Assembly: GCA_021324995.1 (NCBI GenBank)
Contig: JAJPIB010000032.1
Span: forward strand, 3,671 to 67,670
Length of the DNA: 64,000 bases
Direction of reading: 5' to 3'
Source: Chlamydiia bacterium
Lineage (GTDB): Bacteria > Chlamydiota > Chlamydiia > Chlamydiales > Rhabdochlamydiaceae
The notes under the pieces are model-generated. The model did no database searches. It was not told where the DNA came from and was given only the letters and a program-made list of their open reading frames with translations. Shown here piece after piece: positions 1-9,452 of the stretch. The position numbers and the translations under genes were made by a program. How positions within the stretch are numbered: position 1 is the stretch's first letter; every line of letters begins with the position of its first letter.

Positions 1-1173
1 GCGCGTTCGATCTTCAATTAAAGCACCGGAATCATCAAACAGAGATGCGGAATGCACGGCGTTGACCAGCTCAATAAATTTCTGCAGATCGGGCAAAGAG
101 CGCTCGCTCATCGCCTTCGCAAACTCTTCGAATGTGCTCTCCAATCCTTTTTCCACGCCGAGCACTTTGGAGAGATAGTCTTCGAAGTGTTTTTTTTGCT
201 TGGTCGTGAAATCTTTAGCAGGAGGGAAATCGTTCAATTTCTCAAGAAAAATTGCCTTGAAAAACGCAGAGAGGTCCTTTAAGGAAATGTTCTTTTTTGC
301 AAAAAGAGCGATGAGCTTGACATACAGATGGTTTTCAAACCACCTGAGGTAATTGTTAAACATCATGATGACTTGGCGAACGCCTTCGACATCGAAATTT
401 CTCCAATCGCCTAAATAATATCCTTGCTCGTCGACGAGAACGACGGCATTTTGTGTCCGTTCGTGATCGATCATTAGTGTCGAGGCATTGGGCAGCTTGT
501 GAACAAGTCCTTTTTGCGTCATGAGGTCGATTCCCGATAAAGCGAGGGTCGTTCGCGTCTTCGCTAAAAGGTGAAAAATAGCGTCTCCAAAGGTCTGATT
601 GAAGAGAATGCCGATTTCAAGTTGAGCTGTGGGAGCGCCACCAGGGACATTCCACAAATGCAGGCCATTGGATACTCTTGCAGTGAATGCATCCACCCAC
701 CCCCAAAAGGAAGCAACGGTGGTATCCAAGTCGGGCGAGCTATGAGCTGTGACATAATGCGAACCAGCATAGACTTTTCCCATTCCGATAGGGAACAAGA
801 TTTGAAATTCATCCCGCGGTATCCATTTGCCAGTGATCTTTGCGCGCGCTTGATAATTTTCTTCTTCGCTTAAATGCGAAAACTGGTTCAACCAAAGTTC
901 AAAATGAAAAAATGCGTAGGAATCCAAAATGTGGTGCTTATTGATTTGCTCGATGTAGTCTAAAACCGCAGCAAGCAGAAAGCAGGGGCTCGGAACACTT
1001 TTGATCAGCTCATATAGAGCGCGATTGACGCGCTCGCTCTTCTCTTTTTCATGAAGCTCATTGAATGCTGAATCGCTAAACTTTTTGATGAGAGATGGGA
1101 GATTTTCAAACTTGTACAAAGAGATCTTAAAATCTCCAAGAGAGCTTTCTTCCATTCCGTGCCCGCTTTCCAT
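1..1173 (-). CDS. DHH-family phosphoesterase-like protein; C-terminal end lies beyond the window (partial)
   Basis: Absent from the ORF track because it runs off the window. The reverse frame is open from ATG (complement of 1171-1173) to position 1, 391 codons (MESGHGMEESSLGDFK...). It contains HYVTAHSSPDLDTTVAS, which fits DHH motif I (H-x-x-PD-x-D-x-x-x-S). Confidence 0.6.
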   Translation of the reverse strand, partial: MESGHGMEESSLGDFKISLYKFENLPSLIKKFSDSAFNELHEKEKSERVNRALYELIKSVPSPCFLLAAVLDYIEQINKHHILDSYAFFHFELWLNQFSHLSEEENYQARAKITGKWIPRDEFQILFPIGMGKVYAGSHYVTAHSSPDLDTTVASFWGWVDAFTARVSNGLHLWNVPGGAPTAQLEIGILFNQTFGDAIFHLLAKTRTTLALSGIDLMTQKGLVHKLPNASTLMIDHERTQNAVVLVDEQGYYLGDWRNFDVEGVRQVIMMFNNYLRWFENHLYVKLIALFAKKNISLKDLSAFFKAIFLEKLNDFPPAKDFTTKQKKHFEDYLSKVLGVEKGLESTFEEFAKAMSERSLPDLQKFIELVNAVHSASLFDDSGALIEDRTR

Positions 1174-1202
1174 AGAAAACACTTTCGAAAAATAATTAAA
1201 AT

Positions 1203-1276
1203 TGGATTGAGCAGGACTCGAACCTGCGACCACCCGCTTAGAAGGCGGGTGCTCTATCCAGCTGAGCTATCAATCC
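1203..1276 (-). tRNA. tRNA-Arg (anticodon UCU)
   Basis: The reverse complement folds as a cloverleaf: GGATTGA/TCAATCC acceptor stem, anticodon stem CCCGC/GCGGG with loop CTTCTAA, and T-arm GCAGG-TTCGAGT-CCTGC. No CCA is encoded. Confidence 0.95.
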
Positions 1277-1378
1277 GAGAATTTCACCTTATAGAGCTTC
1301 CATTTGTCTAGAAACCAAAAAATGCTAGGGAGCTCGTTATCATGACAAAAAGACACATTTTCTTAAATCATAAACTGT

Positions 1379-3001
1379 CTATTCTTCGCTCTCGCCGAAT
1401 GTTTCAAAGGCAGCGTCAAACTCTTTTTTATTGGCTTGATCGCGGAAAACCTCTTCCTGTCCCTCGGTCAGCTTTTTGTAGTCGTGAAAAGAACGAACAA
1501 TATGCGGCCTTACAAAAATAATGACATTGCGTTTTTCATCCGTGCGTCGCGTCTTACTGAATGCTGCGCCGATAAAGGGTAACCCGCCCAAACAGGGAAG
1601 GCCTGCTTTATGCTGAGCTTTTGTATTACGAATCATCCCGCTGAGTACAAGGAAATGCTTGTCGGGCACATGGACATGGGTTGCCATGTTCGTCTTTGTC
1701 GTCCGGATTCCATTGACCTGGTTATTGGTATTCATAGGGTCATGGTCCAGGCTTTCGGTGATCTCTTCATTCAGATTCAATGTGATCACATCTCCTTCGC
1801 CAAGGCGCGGTGTGATGCTGAGACTGACCCCGATATCGCGATACTCAATATTGGCGGTCGTTTGCTGGCTCTGTCCGACAGTCTGAACAACAGAACCTGT
1901 GAAGGGAATATTGTCTCCGACAAAAATCGTTGAATTTTTATTGTCCTGGGTGATGATCTTCTGATTTAAAACGATCGTGCTGCTTCCATCCACCTGCAAC
2001 GCGGAGACTAAGGATCCTAAAGAGAGATAGGATTTGCCCTTGTGCATAATGATATCTCCGATCACCCCCAAATCAAACCCGGGGACGAGAGGGATTTGAT
2101 TCAGCCCCGTTGGGGTATTCGTCGCATTGATTCCCTGCATCGTATTGGCAAAACTATTGCCCACATGATGGCTGCCCGGGGCAAAATTGCCGACACCAAA
2201 CCCAAGCTTGTTGTTGTATTGACCTCCAGCTGCCCATTGTAACCCAAATTCCAAGCTCTTTTTGACGTCGGTCTCGATCACAAGGACCTCAATAAAGACT
2301 TGGCGAAGCGGAATGTCAAGGCTAGAAACGAGAGTCTTCACTTTCTTCAGGGTGCCTGGGTCAGCAGAGAAAAGCAGAGAGTTAGTCGCTTTGACCCACT
2401 GTAGAGACTGAATGGCGTTGATCAACTTTATGGGTGCGTCCGGTTGATTGCGAAGATCAGCAGCAACTTTTTTGAGGGATTCTTCAAGTTCAGGTCCCTC
2501 GTGATATTGAAGCTTATAGACAAAAAATTCGTAGCGCTCGCTGTCCTGCATATCAAATTTGGGGTCGTTCGAAGCAAGAAGTCCATTCATAGACCTACGC
2601 GACCCAAAAGAATCCGGCGCCATTTCTGCATCGCTGCGATGGATGACAAAGTAGCCGGCCTCTGTAGCCACGTTGAATCCGTGTCCTCTTAAAAGCTGGA
2701 TCAATGCCTGGACGACGGTTTCAGAGCTGACGGATTTGCCTGTGGACAGAGAAATATTAAAATTGAGGTCGCGGCTATCGTAGATGAAGTTTTCCTCTGA
2801 AATCCTGGAGACAAAGCGGATGAACTCAATGACAGGAACGTCATTGAAATTGATGCTATGACCCACGCAGTTTTCCGGAAGCTGCTCTAAAAAGGCTTCC
2901 TGATTCTCTTCCGCACTCAAAATGGAAAAATTTTGGGAGGAAAACAGCAAACTTGCGAGGCCGCTGCGCATGACTAACTGAAACAGTTTATTTGTCTTCA
3001 T
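1379..3001 (-). CDS. Secretin-family outer-membrane channel, short paralog of the T3SS secretin
   Basis: Signal-like N-terminus. N0 motif INFNDVPVIEFIRFVSRISEENFIYD. One ~84-aa module (EFFVYKLQYHEGPEL...WVKATNSLLFSADPGTLKKVKTLVSSLD). C-terminal secretin domain (ANIEYRDIGVSLSITP, LPCLGGLPFIGAAF, IIFVRPHIV). Confidence 0.85.
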   Translation of the reverse strand: MKTNKLFQLVMRSGLASLLFSSQNFSILSAEENQEAFLEQLPENCVGHSINFNDVPVIEFIRFVSRISEENFIYDSRDLNFNISLSTGKSVSSETVVQALIQLLRGHGFNVATEAGYFVIHRSDAEMAPDSFGSRRSMNGLLASNDPKFDMQDSERYEFFVYKLQYHEGPELEESLKKVAADLRNQPDAPIKLINAIQSLQWVKATNSLLFSADPGTLKKVKTLVSSLDIPLRQVFIEVLVIETDVKKSLEFGLQWAAGGQYNNKLGFGVGNFAPGSHHVGNSFANTMQGINATNTPTGLNQIPLVPGFDLGVIGDIIMHKGKSYLSLGSLVSALQVDGSSTIVLNQKIITQDNKNSTIFVGDNIPFTGSVVQTVGQSQQTTANIEYRDIGVSLSITPRLGEGDVITLNLNEEITESLDHDPMNTNNQVNGIRTTKTNMATHVHVPDKHFLVLSGMIRNTKAQHKAGLPCLGGLPFIGAAFSKTRRTDEKRNVIIFVRPHIVRSFHDYKKLTEGQEEVFRDQANKKEFDAAFETFGESEE

Positions 3002-3280
3002 TCTTCTACATTACTCAGGGCTTGCGTCGAACATTATATGCATCTTCCTTCTTTTTTGAATACAAAATTCAAAACGCTGAGAGAAACCTATTTTAAATAA
3101 ATTTTAACCAAACACTTCTGATTGAGATATTTCAAATGAATCCAAAAAATCTTGACGTTTTCTGAATTTTTTATAATTTGATTTTTTGATGGATTTTTGT
3201 TTCTTCTCTACTTCTGTGTCACAGCACATAATTAAATTAACTAGAGAAACTCTCAGAACAAGGCACAAACAAAAAAGCGC

Positions 3281-3339
3281 AGCCAAAGCCCCGGGATTGG
3301 CTCGGTCTTAAATCCAAATTTTCAATCACGCTGGATATA
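3281..3339. repeat. Half-copy of MITE subfamily A (one arm folded on itself)
   Basis: agccaaagccccgggattgg + ctcggtcttaaatccaaattttcaatcacgctggatata matches the arm sequence of the elements at 11850-12007 and 51236-51395. Confidence 0.6.
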
Positions 3340-3414
3340 AAGACGTTCTTACATTGATCAAAACTCTGCACTTATGAAATCATCTAAGCGAAGTTATACC
3401 TTCATCAGGAGAAT

Positions 3415-3918
3415 ATGAAAGGCGTCACAATCGATAAACTCGACATTAAAGACCATTTAAGATGGGCACAAGACCAGGAAATCTTGGATGCTGCTTTGGT
3501 CAGTGAAGCATCGCTGGTCGCACACCATCCCGAGATTCTGGGAATGTCAATGATTTACTCTTCGAAGTTTGAAGAATTGTTCGAGCTTCAAAAACGGAAT
3601 CAGCATTGGGCCTGCTTTTCGCCTCCTGAAAACTTTCAGCTTTTCAAGACGCGCTTTTTTTCCTATCGCTTATTTCCAAACATCCATTGGGAAGGTGATG
3701 AAGATAGCAAAAGCGACTCTGAAGCAAAAGAAGAAGACGGAGAATTCGAGATAGGTCTTATTTCTACCCTAGTCCAAGTTAAGGCCCCAGGCAATCAGTT
3801 CTCTGTACTTTTCGAAAAAGACAAAGACGCCTTGATCTCCCTGCTTAAATCCATCCAATGGATTAACAAACTTCTTAAACAAATCAATGGACGCAAGCTG
3901 CAATATCAAAAGGGCTAG
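3415..3918 (+). CDS. Hypothetical protein
   Basis: A 167-aa ORF lying 5 nt upstream of dapB on the same strand. No motif recognised. Confidence 0.5.
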   Translation: MKGVTIDKLDIKDHLRWAQDQEILDAALVSEASLVAHHPEILGMSMIYSSKFEELFELQKRNQHWACFSPPENFQLFKTRFFSYRLFPNIHWEGDEDSKSDSEAKEEDGEFEIGLISTLVQVKAPGNQFSVLFEKDKDALISLLKSIQWINKLLKQINGRKLQYQKG

Positions 3919-3923
3919 GAGCC

Positions 3924-4586
3924 ATGACTATAAGCATAGCCGTATTGGGATCTACAGGCAAAATGGGGAAAAAAATCCTTGAGCTGGCCAGGAGCGATCC
4001 TGAATTTTCAGTCACTGGAGCCCATTCTCGTCAACAACCTGATCTAGAGGTGATTTCCAAATGCGATGTCGCCATCGACTTCTCTTCTCCCTTAGCCACT
4101 CTAGAACATCTGGCATCGGCGCTCTTGGCAGGAAAACCCCTTGTCTTAGGCACTACAGGACATTCTCCCGAAGAAAAGCGGTCCATTGAAGAAGCAGCCA
4201 AAAAGATTCCCATTCTCTATTCGGCAAATTTTAGCTTTGGGATCGCTCTTTGTCTTGAGACCGCAGCGCGCTTTGCAAAAACTTTGGGCGACGCTTGGAA
4301 TATTGAGATCGTAGAAACTCACCATGCCCATAAAAAAGACTCCCCCAGCGGTACAGCCCACGCTTTTTTAAACGCTATAGGCCAAACCGTCACTGTTCGT
4401 TCCTTCCGCGTTGGCGAAGTGATCGGAGATCATACAATTATTTTTGAATCAAACAAAGAAAGGATCGAACTCAAGCATGTCGCCAAAAGCCGAGACATCT
4501 TTGCACAAGGAGCTTTGATAGGAGCCAAATTTTTAGTTAGGCAAACCCCTGGGCTTTATTCACTTAATGATTTAATCTTTCAATAA
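3924..4586 (+). CDS. dapB: 4-hydroxy-tetrahydrodipicolinate reductase (short form)
   Basis: N-terminal dinucleotide-binding loop IAVLGSTGKMGKKI and the DapB signature E-THHAHKKDSPSGTA. Confidence 0.9.
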   Translation: MTISIAVLGSTGKMGKKILELARSDPEFSVTGAHSRQQPDLEVISKCDVAIDFSSPLATLEHLASALLAGKPLVLGTTGHSPEEKRSIEEAAKKIPILYSANFSFGIALCLETAARFAKTLGDAWNIEIVETHHAHKKDSPSGTAHAFLNAIGQTVTVRSFRVGEVIGDHTIIFESNKERIELKHVAKSRDIFAQGALIGAKFLVRQTPGLYSLNDLIFQ

Positions 4587-4656
4587 AATAATTAAATACT
4601 TCTAATATTCTCTAATTTGATATTATCGTGCTTTAATTTTTCAAAACACGGTTTTT

Positions 4657-6294
4657 ATGGCATCTAATATTCCAATTATCGGAGCTTTGTACCAGTGGTG
4701 GTGCAACTACGCAAAGAAGCAGGAAATTATTGCAGCTACGTTTAACTTTGAAAAGCTTCTCAAAAAGTCAAATCCTTCAGATGCCACGCCGCTGACTCAA
4801 AAAACTGTGGAATTTCTCCAGCAGTGTAAAGACAATCCTGCCCTTAAAAATGAAATTGCAAAATTGGAGCGCGCTTACTTCTCCTATTTGAATAAAACAG
4901 GCAACGCTCTTCCGCCCTCCTATATTTCCAAAGAAAATTGTCATCTCGTCGATACTTTCTCTAAAATGGGCATCTCCAAAGAATTCCTGCGCGAGCACCC
5001 CGAATTCTTAGCGCTAGCCCGCAAACATTTTTGGCAGCACTATTTTCCCTTCGTTAAACTTCCTGTCCTCATGATTGGGAAGGAACTTTTTATTCTCTTT
5101 GAAACCGGAGAAAACACTCGAGAATTTCAATGGAAGTCTTGGTCATCGATCAGGGATCTTAAACTCGAAAATTTCCGTGTGACCTATCAAGGATTTGCTG
5201 TGGGCCATCCCGATAAGTCCACGCATATGGTTCCTCTTAAAACCGTAGATGCGGGCGGCAAGTATGCCCTGCAGTTTGTGACAACTTGTCCAACAGGCCG
5301 TGGGCTACCCAGTTCTATCGATATTAAAACAAGTGGTCATAGCTTTACTCAAATTATTCTGCCTAAAGAAAATGCAACAGATGCAGAAGTATATTCCGTG
5401 GGTTATTTTCCAAGGAAGTTTGCCGACTTAGGCCTGCGTGTTTTTAAAACCGTCCCAGGGATCTACCGCAACCACGACTCGAACGTCACCCGGATCCAAG
5501 CAAAACAAGTTTTTCCTATCGTCAAGCAGTACGTATTTGAAGACGATGCCCCAAATAATCCTTCTCTCTTTTCAATCGTGCAAAATATGGGTGAGGTCTG
5601 CAGAGCCCTCAGGGAAAAAAATATCGATTTTCAACCGATTACCCTCGGGCAGATCAATAAAGCGATCTTTGAACGCAATGAGCCCGAACTTGACCGTATT
5701 CTCATCTTCCTGACTGAAATTCGGGAAAGAATTGTGAAGGGATCTTTAAATGTCTCTATTGCAGCAATGAGCCGAAAAGAAAAGGCTCGAGCGATGATCC
5801 ATCGATTTGAAGAAGCTCAAGGCAAGCATCCCTATCACGTGTTAGGAGCGAATTGTACAGCTGTCTCTTTCCAGCAAGAGGCTTTTGCTGTAGCCTTTCT
5901 AGATGCCAAACTCGACAGTGGCAAGGCTGTGCGCGTTTACGATTCTCAAATCGACATGAGAGATCACAAATATGGAATTCTAGATCGCATCCAAGAAGTC
6001 ATCGGAAGGATTTTGCTACACTTTTTTGCTGCGCTGCCGCTGACAGGCCCTCTCCTTGGAAGTGGCAGCACGCATCCTGACGCAGAACATCTTCAGGCTC
6101 GTCCCTTGATTCCTTCTGTGCTTTCTCAGACCGCTTTCGCGACACATCAATTTTTAACTGCAACTTTCACGCCCCGGCCACTCTTTCCCGCCGGAGAGAT
6201 TTTAGCGCAAAGCACTCCGGTCATCGAACCCCCTGGACTCATCTCAAGGTTAAAATACCTCTGGAGAAGAGATTCTCTTTTGCACCGCTCATGA
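4657..6294 (+). CDS. Hypothetical protein with a possible permuted-papain (PPPDE/DeSI-like) His...Cys motif pair
   Basis: A 545-aa ORF. It has SGHSFTQIIL...VYSVGYFP (His228) and PYHVLGANCTAVSF (Cys400), which resembles the Y-x-L-L-x-x-NC-x-x-F motif of PPPDE peptidases. Confidence 0.6.
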   Translation: MASNIPIIGALYQWWCNYAKKQEIIAATFNFEKLLKKSNPSDATPLTQKTVEFLQQCKDNPALKNEIAKLERAYFSYLNKTGNALPPSYISKENCHLVDTFSKMGISKEFLREHPEFLALARKHFWQHYFPFVKLPVLMIGKELFILFETGENTREFQWKSWSSIRDLKLENFRVTYQGFAVGHPDKSTHMVPLKTVDAGGKYALQFVTTCPTGRGLPSSIDIKTSGHSFTQIILPKENATDAEVYSVGYFPRKFADLGLRVFKTVPGIYRNHDSNVTRIQAKQVFPIVKQYVFEDDAPNNPSLFSIVQNMGEVCRALREKNIDFQPITLGQINKAIFERNEPELDRILIFLTEIRERIVKGSLNVSIAAMSRKEKARAMIHRFEEAQGKHPYHVLGANCTAVSFQQEAFAVAFLDAKLDSGKAVRVYDSQIDMRDHKYGILDRIQEVIGRILLHFFAALPLTGPLLGSGSTHPDAEHLQARPLIPSVLSQTAFATHQFLTATFTPRPLFPAGEILAQSTPVIEPPGLISRLKYLWRRDSLLHRS

Positions 6295-6358
6295 CTGAAA
6301 ATCTCGGGAGGCAATTTTCAGTTGAATAAAACTGGGGAAGGAGTCCATCATTATTTCT

Positions 6359-7183
6359 ATGAAAGATGTTCCAGTAAAAGATTTTTTCATCGGAAAAAAC
6401 CAGCCGCTGGTCGTGATGTCGGGGCCTTGCGTCATCGAGAGCTTAGACCATGCACTTTCCTGCGCGGAAGAACTGGTGCGAATTTTTGGCGATCAGAAAG
6501 GAATTAACTACATCTATAAGTCCAGCTACGATAAAGCTAATCGTTCCGCATTCTCTTCCTTTCGAGGCCCAGGTCTCAAAGAAGGCCTGAAAATTCTAGA
6601 AAGGGTGAAAAAAGAATTTAATATCGCCGTGCTCACTGACGTCCACTCTCCTGAAGAAGCTACAAGCGCGGGCGAAGTGTGCGACATTCTGCAAATTCCC
6701 GCTTTTCTCTGCCGCCAAACAGATTTGATCGTTGCTGCTGCCCAAACCGGCGCTGTGATTAATGTGAAAAAAGGGCAATTCATGGCTCCCTGGGATATGC
6801 AGAATGTTGTCGATAAAATCACGGCAGCCGGAAATGAGAAAATCATCCTCACCGACCGAGGAACCTCTTTCGGCTATAACAATCTCGTCAGCGATATGCG
6901 GACTATCCCGATCATGCAGGGATTTGGATTCCCGGTCTGCTTTGACGCCTCCCACTCTGTGCAAATTCCCGGCGGCCTCGGAACATCTTCCGGCGGCAAA
7001 CGCGAATTCATCCCGACGCTGTCCCGTTCAGCCATTGCTGCGGGTTGCAACTGTCTATTCATCGAATCTCATCCTAATCCTCCTCTTGCCAAAAGCGACA
7101 AAGACTCTGTATTTCCCTTTTCTGAATTGCCAAAACTTTTAACCGAGCTCAATCAACTTTACTCTCTCGTACAAGGTTTTTAA
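6359..7183 (+). CDS. kdsA: 2-dehydro-3-deoxyphosphooctonate aldolase (KDO-8-phosphate synthase)
   Basis: Motifs GPCVIES, YKSSYDKANRS, LQIPAFLCRQTDL, NVKKGQF, TDRGTSFGYNNLVSDMR and FDASHSVQ. Confidence 0.95.
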   Translation: MKDVPVKDFFIGKNQPLVVMSGPCVIESLDHALSCAEELVRIFGDQKGINYIYKSSYDKANRSAFSSFRGPGLKEGLKILERVKKEFNIAVLTDVHSPEEATSAGEVCDILQIPAFLCRQTDLIVAAAQTGAVINVKKGQFMAPWDMQNVVDKITAAGNEKIILTDRGTSFGYNNLVSDMRTIPIMQGFGFPVCFDASHSVQIPGGLGTSSGGKREFIPTLSRSAIAAGCNCLFIESHPNPPLAKSDKDSVFPFSELPKLLTELNQLYSLVQGF

Positions 7184-7797
7184 TGTTCCGCAGGGCCACA
7201 CTTTTTTCTTTTCTCCTTCTTGGCGCCATTGCTTCTATTTGGGGATTTTCTCTGGTGCACGTGCGCTTTAGCGATATTTCATGGATAAAAGAAAGGATCA
7301 ACGAAGAAAAAAAGACGAGTTCGACTCAGCTTTTCTCAACGACCCAACAACAGCGCAAAGGAGTCGTTAAAGAAATTTGGTTCGCTCAAGAGGACAATTC
7401 TCGGCTTCATTACCGAATTTTCAGCGAATCTTCTTTGCTCACTATCCAACCCGAAGGCAAGAGCTTCGATTTTATCGAAAAGTTGGAAAAAATTAAATGC
7501 TGGATGCAAGATAAGCTTTACACGCCTAGCGCAGGAGGAAGCCATTTGCAACAGATCCGCTTTCTCGCTGCAGAAGAAGGTATATACCGCTACACTTCCC
7601 AAGAGTTTTTAGCGCAGTCCGTTGCGCTTTCTCTTTATCGTATGGGAGGGCATGATCTGCCAAAAGAAATGGGAACCACAAAACCGTTTCTAAAAGGAAT
7701 TGCGCAGGATGTCTCTTTTGCCGTATCGGGTAAAAACCCACAATTCAAAGCCAAACATTTTAATGCAGAACTCAACACACTTGAGGGAAAAAAATGA
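7183..7797 (+). CDS. Membrane-anchored hypothetical protein (LptC-position gene)
   Basis: A single N-terminal TM segment (ATLFSFLLLGAIASIWGF). The start overlaps the kdsA stop, and the gene lies between kdsA and lptB. The LptC assignment rests on position only. Confidence 0.55.
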   Translation: MFRRATLFSFLLLGAIASIWGFSLVHVRFSDISWIKERINEEKKTSSTQLFSTTQQQRKGVVKEIWFAQEDNSRLHYRIFSESSLLTIQPEGKSFDFIEKLEKIKCWMQDKLYTPSAGGSHLQQIRFLAAEEGIYRYTSQEFLAQSVALSLYRMGGHDLPKEMGTTKPFLKGIAQDVSFAVSGKNPQFKAKHFNAELNTLEGKK

Positions 7798-9452
7798 AGC
7801 TCACATTAGACTTCTTGCATAACCTCATTTGCAGCCCGCCTACATATTCAAGTCTGTCTTGGCTGCGTGGAGAAGAAAATTCGGAAAAATCATCGATTTT
7901 TTCAAGAAAAGTAAGTTATGCAAGAAGTCTATTTGCCTCAGTCCTCTTTGCGCTTTGCACAGCTCCTTTAGCAGCAACTTTCTCCTCTGAGATCGGCGTT
8001 GAATCGACTGAAGAAAGCCCTGTCCTTGCAAATAGTGGCACTCTCTCTTCGACAAATGCGAGCTACGATGGAAGTTCCCTGCTGCTCACCGGCCACGTTT
8101 CGCTAAACCACGGACTGGGCAAAATGACTGCCGAAGAAGCTTCTTTGCAGCGTCAGGAAGCGGGAAAAGATTTTCCTTTTTCTCTGATCCAATTGCGTAA
8201 AGACGTCATCCTCTCGCTTAAAAACAGCGCCCAGATCACCTGCGGCAGCGCCGATCTCGATTTCGCCGCCTTAAAAGGAGCGTTGCTCTCTCCTGAAAAT
8301 GGAAAAGTGGTCTATACCGATCAGATTAAAAAGAAAAGATCGAGCGACACATCCCTTCTTCAGCTCAGCGGAAAATGCATCGACCTCAATTTCTCTAAGC
8401 AATCGGACGACACCAAAACCGATTACGAAATCGACAACATTTTAGCTAAAGAAGAAGTTGTGATCGACTACGCCGACAACTTTCAACTTTATGCTCACCG
8501 CGCTCTTTACCGCAAGGAGCTCTCTTCAAACGACAAAACGTCAAAAAGAGAATTTCAAGGAGTGGTTACGGCTTATCCCCAAGATGATCTGTCCCAATGC
8601 CGTCTTTCCCATTTAGGAGATGAAATCTTTTCCGACATGGTCGACATCGATCTCATTAACTCTAAAATTTCCCTTTTGCGCCCCAAAGGCACTCTCGCAA
8701 CATCCACTCTTCCTCAGATGCAATCGGGAGAAATCCATTTTCAATCGGACTATCTGTATTGGGACCAGGCAAAAAGTGTTCTGACTCTTAAAGGAAATAT
8801 CTCCATCCAAGAAGCCTCTTTAGGCACTCTCGACGCGCAAGACGAATTGCAGATTGTGCAAACATCTGTTGATGGCAAATACATCCTCAAAACCATGCAA
8901 GCACAAGGGCCTTCGGTTCTCGTGTATAAAGATGCTCATAAAAATACACATAAGTTAGTGTCCCACGGAAGCGTTCACTTAGATCGCGACAAGTTAAAAG
9001 CAACGATTGAAAGTCCGAAAAAAGAAGGAACCATCGCTCTCGACAAACAAATTTACTACGAAGAATCGGAGATCGCTTTTTACGCAGACAATGCATCGAT
9101 CGAGTATTCTATTGTCGATGATTCAATTCAGCCCTCTCTGCTCAATTTGAAAGGAAACATCCGTCTCTTTTCCCACGATCCATTGAAACCCCCGCGCTTT
9201 GGATCGGCCGACCGCCTCACTTATTCGCCCACGACTCGCACGCTAATTCTCTCCGCCAATCCTGGGAAAAAAGTTCTCTTTTGGGATGAAACACAGGGAA
9301 TGCGACTAAGCGCTCCAGAAGTTCACATCGTGTACGACCCTGAAACAAAACAGCAAAGCGTGAAAGGAATCGGTGCAGTACAATTTTCCTTCACTCCAGA
9401 AGAGCAAAGCAAACTCCAACAACTTTTCCCTCAACTTAAAGTCTCGCCATGA
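7794..9452 (+). CDS. Exported hypothetical protein (possible LptA/OstA-like, by position)
   Basis: A 552-aa ORF translationally coupled to both neighbours (ATGA overlaps). It has a signal-like stretch SLFASVLFALCTAPLAA. The function is inferred only from its kdsA...lptB context. Confidence 0.6.
   Translation: MKLTLDFLHNLICSPPTYSSLSWLRGEENSEKSSIFSRKVSYARSLFASVLFALCTAPLAATFSSEIGVESTEESPVLANSGTLSSTNASYDGSSLLLTGHVSLNHGLGKMTAEEASLQRQEAGKDFPFSLIQLRKDVILSLKNSAQITCGSADLDFAALKGALLSPENGKVVYTDQIKKKRSSDTSLLQLSGKCIDLNFSKQSDDTKTDYEIDNILAKEEVVIDYADNFQLYAHRALYRKELSSNDKTSKREFQGVVTAYPQDDLSQCRLSHLGDEIFSDMVDIDLINSKISLLRPKGTLATSTLPQMQSGEIHFQSDYLYWDQAKSVLTLKGNISIQEASLGTLDAQDELQIVQTSVDGKYILKTMQAQGPSVLVYKDAHKNTHKLVSHGSVHLDRDKLKATIESPKKEGTIALDKQIYYEESEIAFYADNASIEYSIVDDSIQPSLLNLKGNIRLFSHDPLKPPRFGSADRLTYSPTTRTLILSANPGKKVLFWDETQGMRLSAPEVHIVYDPETKQQSVKGIGAVQFSFTPEEQSKLQQLFPQLKVSP

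Noticed and set aside
6322-6507. TTG-initiated 61-aa ORF overlapping the kdsA start
   Set aside because: It is out of frame with kdsA, which has a clean ATG at 6359 and full-length family similarity.
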